Assembly: GCA_965242925.1 (NCBI GenBank)
Contig: CBDEUM010000029.1
Span: 352,001-416,000, forward strand
From: Roseibacillus sp.
Lineage (GTDB): Bacteria > Verrucomicrobiota > Verrucomicrobiia > Verrucomicrobiales > Akkermansiaceae
Direction: 5' to 3'
DNA: 64,000 bases
Shown here: positions 28,975 to 37,740 of the stretch, piece after piece
Layout: every line of letters begins with the position of its first letter
How positions within the stretch are numbered: the stretch's first letter is position 1
The notes under the pieces: model-generated
What the model was told of the DNA's origin: nothing
What the model saw: only the letters and a program-made list of their open reading frames with translations
Database searches by the model: none
Position numbers and translations under genes: made by a program

Positions 28975-29817
28975 TCAGGCGCCGGGGACATCGGCTTGAC
29001 TGGCTCGCGAGGGTGCCGGCCGCTGGCTGCGGGGCACTTTGTAACCGTCCGCCGGATCGGGAGGCAGGGTCTGGTTCTCAGGCTGGTAACGTCCCGACTG
29101 CTGGAATTGAGAACCGAGAAGAGCGAGCAGGTGGGTGGCAGCGGTCTCCAGTTCCGAGAGGGAACGCTGCACCCGACCGCGGAACACGGAGTAAAAGATC
29201 ATGGCAACGATGCCAATAGTCAGCCCGCTGGCGGTGGTTACCAGGGCTTCAGCCACCCCACCCGCCAGTTTCATCTGGCGCACCACTTCCACGTTGCCGG
29301 TATTAATCTCGAGGAAAGCACGGATCATCCCCAGCACCGTTCCGAGCAGGCCCACCATGGGGGCAATTGCCCCTATGTCTGCCAGGTAGCTGATACGCTG
29401 GTTGAGCATGCTCGATTGCCGCGAGCCCTCCGCCTCCGCCACCTCGCGGATCTCAGTGAATTTTGCTTCCGAGTTCTTGGTGGCAAAATCGAGGGTCTTC
29501 TGCGTAATGCGTGCTATGCACTCGCCCCGCCGATGCGCGTAGCCCACCAGCCCGAGGTAGTCCCGCTTGCGGATGAGACTCTCGGCCACCCGCATGAAGC
29601 GGTCACTCACCACCGTGGCGCGGCGAATAGTGATGAAGAAGAGGAGGATGAGAACCACTGTCGCGATAGAGAGGGCCCCGAGTGGCCACATCATGATGCC
29701 GCCCTCCCGGATGATTTCCAGCAGGTTGACCTTGGTCGTATTTTCCGACGTTTCCGCCCCAAGGGCGGCGCCTGTAATGGCCAGCAAGGCCAGTGCGGAG
29801 AGCAAAAGGCGATTCAT
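28975..29817 (-). CDS. exbB: MotA/TolQ/ExbB proton channel protein
   Basis: GGIMMWPL, APMVGLLGTVLGMIRAF, GGVAEALVTTASGL. Confidence 0.92.
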   Translation of the reverse strand: MNRLLLSALALLAITGAALGAETSENTTKVNLLEIIREGGIMMWPLGALSIATVVLILLFFITIRRATVVSDRFMRVAESLIRKRDYLGLVGYAHRRGECIARITQKTLDFATKNSEAKFTEIREVAEAEGSRQSSMLNQRISYLADIGAIAPMVGLLGTVLGMIRAFLEINTGNVEVVRQMKLAGGVAEALVTTASGLTIGIVAMIFYSVFRGRVQRSLSELETAATHLLALLGSQFQQSGRYQPENQTLPPDPADGYKVPRSQRPAPSRASQADVPGA

Positions 29818-30024
29818 GAACTGTGGGAAGTGTAACCCTTGTTTGAGAACGTTCAAGCACCGGAGCCGTAGCCCGGATTCCAAATTAATGCCTCAAATCG
29901 GGCATGGGCCGGCCTTCCTCTGTCAAGGTGCCCGTAATTCTTTTTGTGGAGCACAACTACTTCTGGGAGCCCACAGGTCGCCTCTTTCCGTCCTCGGTCC
30001 CATGCGTTAAAATTTCGTCCAGAG

Positions 30025-31581
30025 ATGACAGAGCGTCCTGACTTGAGATCCCGTCTGGGGGAGATTCCGCACCAGCCGGGAGTCTATCTCATGCTCGATC
30101 GCCTTGGCTCGGTGATTTACGTGGGGAAGGCCCGCGACCTGCGAAAGCGCCTGGCCAGCTATTTCATGCCTTCGCGTAAGCAGCAGGCCGACCTCAAGAC
30201 ACGGGCTCTCCTCGAGGCGATCTGGGATTTTGAGATCCACCTCGTACGCAACGAGCAGGAAGCGCTCCTCCTTGAGGGCAAGCTCATCAAGCAGTACCGC
30301 CCGCGTTATAATGTGAGCTTTCGGGACGACAAACGCTTCCTCCTGGCCAAGATCAATCCAGGCGATCTCTGGCCACGCTTCGTCCTCACCCGCCTCAGAA
30401 AGGATGATGGCGCGCGCTACTTCGGCCCCTTTGCTCACTCGGGGGCGTTGCGCGGAACGATTGCGTGGCTCAACAAGGAGTTCGGTCTTCGCAGTTGTCG
30501 TGCCAGAGAACCTGGAGAAAAGGATTACAAGCACTGCAGCGCGGATGTGATCCGCAACTGCACCGCTCCCTGCATCGGCAAGATCACGCGCGAGGCCTAT
30601 CTTGAGCAGGTCGACCAGGCCAGCGCGTTACTGGAAGGGAAGGGGCGGCGCGGACGCCTCAAGTCGCTGCATGAGGAAATGGAGAAGGCATCGACGCGCA
30701 TGGACTTTGAACGGGCGGGCCGCCTGCGGGACATCGTGCAGAATCTCGAACGCACCCTTAATCCAACCCGGCAGTTCTCCCGTGGCCGGGGCGTGCCCAC
30801 CACCGTGAAGCCTCTCGACGATCTCACCGAGTTGGCCGATCTTCTGCAGCTTCCCGCGCCGCCCACCACCATGGAGTGTTTCGACATCTCGAATGTGAGC
30901 AGCAACCACAACGTGGCCTCCATGGTGCGATTCGTAGATGGCGTGCCCGACAACCAGAACTACCGCCGCTATCGCATCAGGACAGTGGAGGGACAGGATG
31001 ACTTTGCCAGCATGGCGGAAGTCATCCGGCGTCGCTACGCGCGCATCCTGAAGGAAGGTGCGACGGTCAATCCAGATGCAGGGGACAGCCAGGAGAGTGT
31101 GGTCGAGACGATGCGCCGTCTCGCGCAGGAGGGTCGGGCACCCATCACCCTGCCCGATCTCGTCATCGTGGATGGCGGGAAGGGCCAGCTCAGTTCGGCG
31201 ACCGGCGAGTTGCAGCGTCTCGGACTGCACGAACTGCCCATTATCGGGCTGGCCAAGAAACGGGAGGAGATCTTTCGCCCGGGAGAGAGCGATCCCCTCA
31301 TCCTGAGCCACGATACCGGCGCTCTCAAACTTCTCCAGAGGATTCGGGACGAGGCCCACCGCTGCGCCAACAACTACAATGAGCTCCTCCTCCGCAAGCG
31401 CATGAAGGAGTCCCTCCTCGACGACTGCCCCGGGGTTTCCCCGAAACGCAAGGCCGCCCTTCTCTCCAGGTTTGGTTCAGTGGATCGCATCCGCAGGAAG
31501 AGCGCGGAAGAGATTGCGGAAATCCCCGGTATTTCGGTGCGTTCGGCGGAGGCCATGCTGCAGTGGCTGAACCGGGAGTGA
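30025..31581 (+). CDS. uvrC: Excinuclease ABC subunit C
   Basis: GIY-YIG PGVYLM..YVGKA, ECFDISN, DDFASM, VDGGKGQ, RDEAHR, C-terminal HhH. Confidence 0.96.
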   Translation: MTERPDLRSRLGEIPHQPGVYLMLDRLGSVIYVGKARDLRKRLASYFMPSRKQQADLKTRALLEAIWDFEIHLVRNEQEALLLEGKLIKQYRPRYNVSFRDDKRFLLAKINPGDLWPRFVLTRLRKDDGARYFGPFAHSGALRGTIAWLNKEFGLRSCRAREPGEKDYKHCSADVIRNCTAPCIGKITREAYLEQVDQASALLEGKGRRGRLKSLHEEMEKASTRMDFERAGRLRDIVQNLERTLNPTRQFSRGRGVPTTVKPLDDLTELADLLQLPAPPTTMECFDISNVSSNHNVASMVRFVDGVPDNQNYRRYRIRTVEGQDDFASMAEVIRRRYARILKEGATVNPDAGDSQESVVETMRRLAQEGRAPITLPDLVIVDGGKGQLSSATGELQRLGLHELPIIGLAKKREEIFRPGESDPLILSHDTGALKLLQRIRDEAHRCANNYNELLLRKRMKESLLDDCPGVSPKRKAALLSRFGSVDRIRRKSAEEIAEIPGISVRSAEAMLQWLNRE

Positions 31582-31668
31582 GAAGGCGGGATCCACTTTG
31601 GAACGCTGAATCCGGATGCGCTCCAGGCATCCTGCTGGATACCGTGGTGGAGTCACGTTCGGGAGGGT

Positions 31669-32091
31669 TCAATTGGCGGGGCTCGCGAAATCCAGCGCGC
31701 GTCGCTTCATCAGCGTGACCATCAGGTTCAGGGCGTTGGCTCGGGTGGGGGCCAGATGCTCCTTGAGGCCGGTATTCTCCATGAAGGAGAAATCGGCGGT
31801 CAGAATGCTGTCTGGTGATTCGCCATTCAGAAGGAGGATGAAGAGGGCGATCATCCCCTTGGTTATCTGCGAATCGGAATCAGCGACGTAATGCACCACT
31901 CCATTTTCGAGGCGGGCGTCCAGCCAGACCTGGGACTGGCAGCCTTCGATGAGCTTGTCATCGGTCTTCTGGTCTGCGGGCATCTCAGGAAGTTTGCGAC
32001 CGAGGCTAATGACGTATTCATAGCGTTCGGTCCAGTCATGCAGGATATTAAGATTCTGCAGTAACTGCTCCTGTCTTTCCACGATGCTCAT
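31669..32091 (-). CDS. sufE: SufE family sulfur acceptor
   Basis: IEGCQSQVW, DSDSQITKG, PTRAN. Confidence 0.92.
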   Translation of the reverse strand: MSIVERQEQLLQNLNILHDWTERYEYVISLGRKLPEMPADQKTDDKLIEGCQSQVWLDARLENGVVHYVADSDSQITKGMIALFILLLNGESPDSILTADFSFMENTGLKEHLAPTRANALNLMVTLMKRRALDFASPAN

Positions 32092-32177
32092 CCGGGGAGG
32101 AAGAAAACCGCGGATGCGGCAGGATGCACGCCGAAAGTTCGTATTTGGGAATCATGGTCCGGAATGCGCTGGCATTC

Positions 32178-33410
32178 TCAGCGCAGCATGGCCGCACTCT
32201 TCTCCACAGCCTGTGCGAGACGCTGGACATCTCCTTCATCGTTAAAACAGGCAAAGGAGGCCCGGAGGGTTCCGGTGATGCCAAAGCGGGCCATGAGTGG
32301 TTGGCAGCAATGGTGGCCGGTGCGGACGGCCACGCCCAATTTATCGATGAGAGTACCGAGGTCGTAGTGGTGGATGCCCTCCACGTTGAAGGAGAGGGAC
32401 CCGGCACGATCACGGGGACCATGGAGTTTGACACCCTCGATGCCTGAGAGAGCGCTGGCGGCATGCCCGATGAGGGCATGCTCGTGTTCGTGGAGGTCGT
32501 CGAGCCCCAGGTCATTCAGGAAGTCAAGGGCGGCCGCGAGAGCGATAGCGCCCTCAATATTGGGCGTGCCCGCCTCAAACTTATAGGGGAGATCATTGTA
32601 GGTGGTGCCGTCGTAGGCGACCTTCTTGATCATTTCGCCGCCTCCCCTCCAGGGAGGAAGGCTTTCGAGGAGGACGCGTTTGCCGTAGAGGACGCCAATG
32701 CCGGTTGGGGCGTAAACCTTGTGACCGGAAAAGACATAGAAGTCGACGTCCAGCGCCTGCAGGTCCAGCGCGAGGTGCGGTACGGCCTGTGCGCCATCGA
32801 TGAGCACGAGGGCCCCCGCCTCATGAGCGGACTTGATGACGGCCTGGACCGGCAGGACCGTGCCGAAGGCATTTGAGACGTGTGTGAGAGCTACCAGTTT
32901 CAGGGTGTCCTGGTGGGCATCGAGAAGGCGGTGGAAGTATTCCAGGTCGAGCGTTCCGTCCTCCTGAACGGAAATCACCTCCAGCGAAGCTCCCGAGCGC
33001 TCACAGAGCATCTGCCAGGGGACGATGTTGGAGTGATGCTCAAGGTTACTGATAACAATGGTGTCACCGGGGCCGATTCTGCCCGAGTAGCCGAGAACAG
33101 AGGCAACGAGGTTGATGCCATCAGTGGTGCCGCTGGTGAAGATGATCTCTTCCCGGGATTCGGCATGGAGGTGGGCGGCTACCGTATCGCGGGCCCGCTC
33201 GTGGGCGGCGGTAGCTTCCTGCGCCAGATAATGTGTGCCGCGATGAATGTTGGAATTCAGCAGCTCGTAGTAGTTGCGGCTGGCGTCCAGGACCGCTTGC
33301 GGTTTCTGCGAAGTGGCTGCGTTGTCAAGGTAGACGAGCGGGTGCCCGTGGACCTCATGCCCGAGGATGGGAAACTGGGAGCGCAGGGCACTGACATTGT
33401 AGCCGCTCAT
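32178..33410 (-). CDS. sufS: Type II cysteine desulfurase
   Basis: YLDNAATSQKP, EHHSNIVPWQ, SGHKVY, RTGHHC. Confidence 0.95.
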   Translation of the reverse strand: MSGYNVSALRSQFPILGHEVHGHPLVYLDNAATSQKPQAVLDASRNYYELLNSNIHRGTHYLAQEATAAHERARDTVAAHLHAESREEIIFTSGTTDGINLVASVLGYSGRIGPGDTIVISNLEHHSNIVPWQMLCERSGASLEVISVQEDGTLDLEYFHRLLDAHQDTLKLVALTHVSNAFGTVLPVQAVIKSAHEAGALVLIDGAQAVPHLALDLQALDVDFYVFSGHKVYAPTGIGVLYGKRVLLESLPPWRGGGEMIKKVAYDGTTYNDLPYKFEAGTPNIEGAIALAAALDFLNDLGLDDLHEHEHALIGHAASALSGIEGVKLHGPRDRAGSLSFNVEGIHHYDLGTLIDKLGVAVRTGHHCCQPLMARFGITGTLRASFACFNDEGDVQRLAQAVEKSAAMLR

Positions 33411-33609
33411 AGCCGGTTGGAGTTAAGACGACTGAGGGGGAACTGTTAAGCGTTAAGAGAAGGAGAATCCAGAACTTAGTGGCGGGGGCAGGATATGTCC
33501 GTGCCGTCAAGGTCAGGTCGGGTCTCCGGGACCAATGATATCCGGGGCAGCTGATCCTGTGCAGGACACAGCAACGCCCTTGGTGCAAGGGAGAGTCCTT
33601 GCGGATCTC

Positions 33610-35715
33610 TTACATGTTGGGCAGTTCGATGAATCCTTCAAGTTTCCGGATGCGTGTCGGGTGACGCATCTTGCGGAGAGCCTTGGCTTCGATCTGGCGG
33701 ATGCGCTCGCGGGTGACCTGGAACTGGCGCCCCACTTCCTCAAGCGTCCGGCTGTATCCATCCTTGAGGCCGAAGCGTTGCTCAAGCACCTCGCGTTCGC
33801 GTTCGGTGAGGGTATCAAGGACCTCGTTGATCTTTTCCTTGAGCATGGAGAAACCCGCTTCCTCCATGGGGTTCTCCGCGGTCTTGTCTTCGATGAAGTC
33901 GCCGAAGCTGGTGTCGTCGCTGTCGCCCACGGGCGCCTGCAGGGAGATAGGCTGCTGAGCCATCTTGAGGACCGCGCGCACGCGCTCAACCGGGAGGTGG
34001 ATTTCCTCCGCGATCTCGTCAGGGGTGGGCTCGCGGCCGTATTCCTGGACCAGCTGCTTCTGCACCCGCATGAGCTTGTTGATCGTTTCGATCATGTGGA
34101 CCGGGATGCGGATGGTGCGGGCCTGGTCTGCAATCGAGCGGGTGATGGCCTGGCGGATCCACCAAGTTGCATAGGTCGAGAACTTGTATCCGCGACGATA
34201 CTCGAATTTCTCGACCGCCTTCATGAGGCCCATGTTGCCTTCCTGAATGAGATCGAGGAAGGAGAGTCCGCGGTTGGTGTACTTTTTCGCAATGGAGATC
34301 ACGAGGCGCAGGTTGGCTTCCACCATTTCAGTCTTGGCCTTGTGCGCTTCCCCCAGCCAGTGATTGAGATCGCCGGTCGTGGACTCAAACTGCTCGTGGT
34401 CGTGCCAGGAATAGAGCTGTAGTTCCTTGAGCTTGGTTTCGAACTCCTTCTTATCCTTGATGCGTGAGCTCAGCTTGCGCTGATAGCGCCAGATCTTGTC
34501 CTGGGTTTCCCGGACCTCTTCGCAGAAATCCTCGATGACCTTCTGTTTGAAGTAGAAGCGATTGTAGAGGCGGGCCAGGGTGGTGAGGTTCTTGTCAAGA
34601 TTGGCGAGGAGCTTCTTCTTGCCACGCACCGATTTGGCGCTGAGTTTCTTGAAGACCTTGCTGGTGTCTTCATGCAGATTGCGCACTTGGTCGCAGAGCT
34701 TGGGCATCGTTTTCATGTAGCGCTCCCGGCTCTCAATTTTCTTGTCGAGAATGACGCGGTCGAAGCGCTCCTTGCCGCGTTGCAGTTTGTCGGCGAGCGC
34801 GAGGTAACTGTTTGCGGTGAACCCGAACCTGTGGAGGAACTGCTGCACGCAGATCTCCGCGTCCTCGATGCGTTTGGAGATCTCCACTTCCTGTTCGCGG
34901 GTCAGAAGGGGCACCTGCCCCATCTGCTTGAGATACATGCGGACCGGGTCGTCGAGGATGTCGAGTTTCTGGTCCTTGGTCTCCTCGGCAGCATCATCGG
35001 AGGATTTCTTGTCCTTGAATCGATCGACCTCTGAGGAGTCAATGATATTGAACTCCATGTTACGAAGACGATCCAGGATCGCCGCCACATCGGCCGGATC
35101 GACGAGGTCCTTGGGAAGAATCTCGTGGATGTCATCGTAGGTGAGATAGTCCTGCTCCTTGGCGAGCTTGATGAGCTCGCGCATCTTCTCCTGGATCTCC
35201 GGGGTGTCGATGCGGCTCTTTCCCTTTGGCTTCTTCTTGGAGGCGGCCTTCTCTTCAGCAGGGAGGGCCTTCTGTTTCTTCTGGCTGTCTTTCTTGGCTA
35301 CCTTCTTGGGAGCTTTCTTGGCTACCTTCTTGGCTGCCTTCTTGGGAGCTTTCTTGGCTGCCTTCTTGGCTGCCTTCTTGGGAGCTTTCTTGGCTGCCTT
35401 CTTGGGAGCTTTCTTGGCTGCCTTCTTGGGAGCTTTCTTGGCTGCCTTCTTGGGAGCTTTCTTGGCTGCCTTCTTGGGAGCTTTCTTAGCTGCCTTCTTG
35501 GGAGCTTTCTTAGCTGCCTTCTTGGGAGCTTTCTTAGCTGCCTTCTTGGGAGCTTTCTTAGCTGCCTTCTTGGGAGCTTTCTTAGCTGCCTTCTTGGGAG
35601 CTTTCGTGGCTGCCTTCTTAGTCACCTTCTTAGCGGCCTTCCTGGCCGACGGGGCGGCTTTTTTCTTGGCTGCTTTTTTGGCGGACTTCCTGGGCACGAC
35701 TTTTTTTTTCGCCAT
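33610..35715 (-). CDS. rpoD: Primary sigma factor with a long Lys/Ala-rich N-terminal extension
   Basis: [50 protein letters not shown]; immediately downstream of dnaG. Confidence 0.97.
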   Translation of the reverse strand: MAKKKVVPRKSAKKAAKKKAAPSARKAAKKVTKKAATKAPKKAAKKAPKKAAKKAPKKAAKKAPKKAAKKAPKKAAKKAPKKAAKKAPKKAAKKAPKKAAKKAPKKAAKKAPKKAAKKAAKKAPKKAAKKVAKKAPKKVAKKDSQKKQKALPAEEKAASKKKPKGKSRIDTPEIQEKMRELIKLAKEQDYLTYDDIHEILPKDLVDPADVAAILDRLRNMEFNIIDSSEVDRFKDKKSSDDAAEETKDQKLDILDDPVRMYLKQMGQVPLLTREQEVEISKRIEDAEICVQQFLHRFGFTANSYLALADKLQRGKERFDRVILDKKIESRERYMKTMPKLCDQVRNLHEDTSKVFKKLSAKSVRGKKKLLANLDKNLTTLARLYNRFYFKQKVIEDFCEEVRETQDKIWRYQRKLSSRIKDKKEFETKLKELQLYSWHDHEQFESTTGDLNHWLGEAHKAKTEMVEANLRLVISIAKKYTNRGLSFLDLIQEGNMGLMKAVEKFEYRRGYKFSTYATWWIRQAITRSIADQARTIRIPVHMIETINKLMRVQKQLVQEYGREPTPDEIAEEIHLPVERVRAVLKMAQQPISLQAPVGDSDDTSFGDFIEDKTAENPMEEAGFSMLKEKINEVLDTLTEREREVLEQRFGLKDGYSRTLEEVGRQFQVTRERIRQIEAKALRKMRHPTRIRKLEGFIELPNM
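35285..35625 (-). repeat. 24-bp coding tandem repeat (KKAAKKAP)n in the rpoD 5' region
   Basis: Unit GCTGCCTTCTTGGGAGCTTTCTT(G/A) on the plus strand; nine consecutive full units plus degenerate flanks. Confidence 0.95.
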
Positions 35716-35823
35716 GGGCCTATTCGGAGTAACTGGGACCGGGATACAATTCTCCCATTATAGCAAGCTGGGGGCTCTGCTCCCAGAAGCAAGAGGGGAC
35801 TGTTCTTGAGGTTACTGGGGAGG

Positions 35824-37632
35824 TCAAGGATTTTTGGCCTCGGAGCGTATTCTTTGCAGATCAGTGATCTGCTGCATGATCTCCTCGGCTTCCCCGTCGG
35901 TGAGGTCGGGGCTCTTGAGACGGGCACCGAGAGATCCCAATTCGCGGAGGATTCCCTGCTCGGCGAGTTTTCCCAGGATTTCGGTGGCGGCAGTGAGGGG
36001 ATCCTCAGGGGTGGGATCTTCGAGGAGGGCGAGCAGAACGGCCTGATCTTCCCGAGTTTGCTTTTGCAGGAAGGTGTTCACGGCCGCAGGTTCCGGAACT
36101 TCCGGTCGTGCGGTGAGAATGCACCGCAGAAGGGCCTCTCCCTCACGTCCTTCCGATCCAAGGAGGAGTTGCTCGGTCTGGTCACACAGGAAATCGAGAA
36201 CCTCGTGGGACTGGAGCGCGAGGGCGGCCAGAACCCCGAGTTCCCGGTCGACCGGGGTGGGTTCCACGACGATGGTCTCTTCCTTCCGCTCGCGGCGCCG
36301 GCTGGGTCGGCGGGCGGCCTCCACTACCGCCTGACGGATTCCGTCCGGCCCGAGTCCGAGACGTGTGGCCACGAAGTTAATGGATGCTTCCTGGGCGTTC
36401 TTGTCGGAGAGGGCATTGAGGAGAGGAGCGAGTTCCCGTGCCACCCGGGCCTTGGTGCCCGGATCCTCCAGATTGTTCTCTTCAGCAAGGTGGCGCAGCC
36501 GGTAGTCGAAGAACTCCGCGGATTTTTCCAACAGGACGCGGAAGGATTCCGGTCCCGACGACTTGATCAGGGAGTCAGGGTCCTCGCCCGCCGGCATGTT
36601 GGCGACCCGCACATCCATTCCGTAGGTTGCCAGTTCGAGGAAGGCCTTGGCCGCTGCATCGTGCCCGGCGGAGTCTGAGTCGTAGCAGATCACCACCTTG
36701 TTGGTGTTAGTGTAGCGATTGAGAAGACGCGCGTGTTCGCTGGTACAGGCGGTGCCCTGGGTCGCGACTGCGTTTTCTACGCCGGCTTCGTGACAGGCGA
36801 TTACGTCGAGTTGTCCTTCGCAGAGCACTGCATAATCCTTCATGTGGCGGATGGCCTTGTTGAGGCCGAAGAACACGTTGGCTTTCTTGAAGATGGGAGT
36901 CTCGGGGGAATTGATGTATTTCCCGCCCCCCTGCTCTTCCCGCAGTTTGCGTCCACTGAAGGCGATTACGTCGTCACGTTCGTTGTGGATGGGGAACATG
37001 AGACGGTCTCCAAAGCGGACCCAGAGACCAGCCCTGGGCCTACTGTCGTCCTTGAGCTTGGTCATGCCTGAGCGGAGGAGTTCCTTGCCGGTAAAGCCGG
37101 CTTCCCGAGCCCAATCGAGAAACAGGTTCGTGTTTTGTGGCATCCAGCCCACCGTCCAGCGGGCGGCCATCTCGCGGTTGTATCCGCGGGACTTCAGATA
37201 CTGACGGGCGTGCTCGGCAGCGGAATCCTCAAGGAGGAGCTTGTGCATGAAGCGGGCGGCCTGATTGTGGAGGAGTTTGAGGCGGCTGAGGTGACGACGA
37301 CGTCGGTCTTCCTGCGGGTCGTACTCTGCCTCCTCAATGGCGATATTGGCTCGCGAGGCCAGCTTGCGGAGAGCCTCTGGGAAGGGGAGATTTTCGTAGG
37401 CCATCATGAACCCCACCGCATTCCCGCCTTCGCCGCAGCCAAAGCAGCGATAGGACTGTCGGCCGGGGCTGACATTAAAGGAGGGAGTCTTTTCGTTGTG
37501 AAAGGGACAGTGGGTTTTGAAGTCGGCGCCCGCCCGCTTGAGATCCAGCCCATAGGATGAAATGAGGTCCACGATATCGGTCGCGCCGAGGACCTGTTGG
37601 ACGATTTCATCTGGGATGCGTGGCATCGGCAC
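35824..37632 (-). CDS. dnaG: DNA primase
   Basis: CPFHNEKTPSF..CFGC zinc finger, KYINSPET, CEGQLD, YDSDSAG (TOPRIM). Confidence 0.97.
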   Translation of the reverse strand: MPMPRIPDEIVQQVLGATDIVDLISSYGLDLKRAGADFKTHCPFHNEKTPSFNVSPGRQSYRCFGCGEGGNAVGFMMAYENLPFPEALRKLASRANIAIEEAEYDPQEDRRRRHLSRLKLLHNQAARFMHKLLLEDSAAEHARQYLKSRGYNREMAARWTVGWMPQNTNLFLDWAREAGFTGKELLRSGMTKLKDDSRPRAGLWVRFGDRLMFPIHNERDDVIAFSGRKLREEQGGGKYINSPETPIFKKANVFFGLNKAIRHMKDYAVLCEGQLDVIACHEAGVENAVATQGTACTSEHARLLNRYTNTNKVVICYDSDSAGHDAAAKAFLELATYGMDVRVANMPAGEDPDSLIKSSGPESFRVLLEKSAEFFDYRLRHLAEENNLEDPGTKARVARELAPLLNALSDKNAQEASINFVATRLGLGPDGIRQAVVEAARRPSRRRERKEETIVVEPTPVDRELGVLAALALQSHEVLDFLCDQTEQLLLGSEGREGEALLRCILTARPEVPEPAAVNTFLQKQTREDQAVLLALLEDPTPEDPLTAATEILGKLAEQGILRELGSLGARLKSPDLTDGEAEEIMQQITDLQRIRSEAKNP

Positions 37633-37740
37633 GTCACCCTAGCGAGACCGGGGCGTTTGCCAATTCATCTGGGCGGAGATGAATGTGAAGAGATGTGATT
37701 TTCTCGCCAAGTGCATGAAAATCGGGTCTATAGTCAGTGC

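Noticed and set aside
35125..35809. Plus-strand hydrophobic repeat ORFs ([24 protein letters not shown])
   Set aside because: Antisense shadows of the rpoD lysine/alanine repeat
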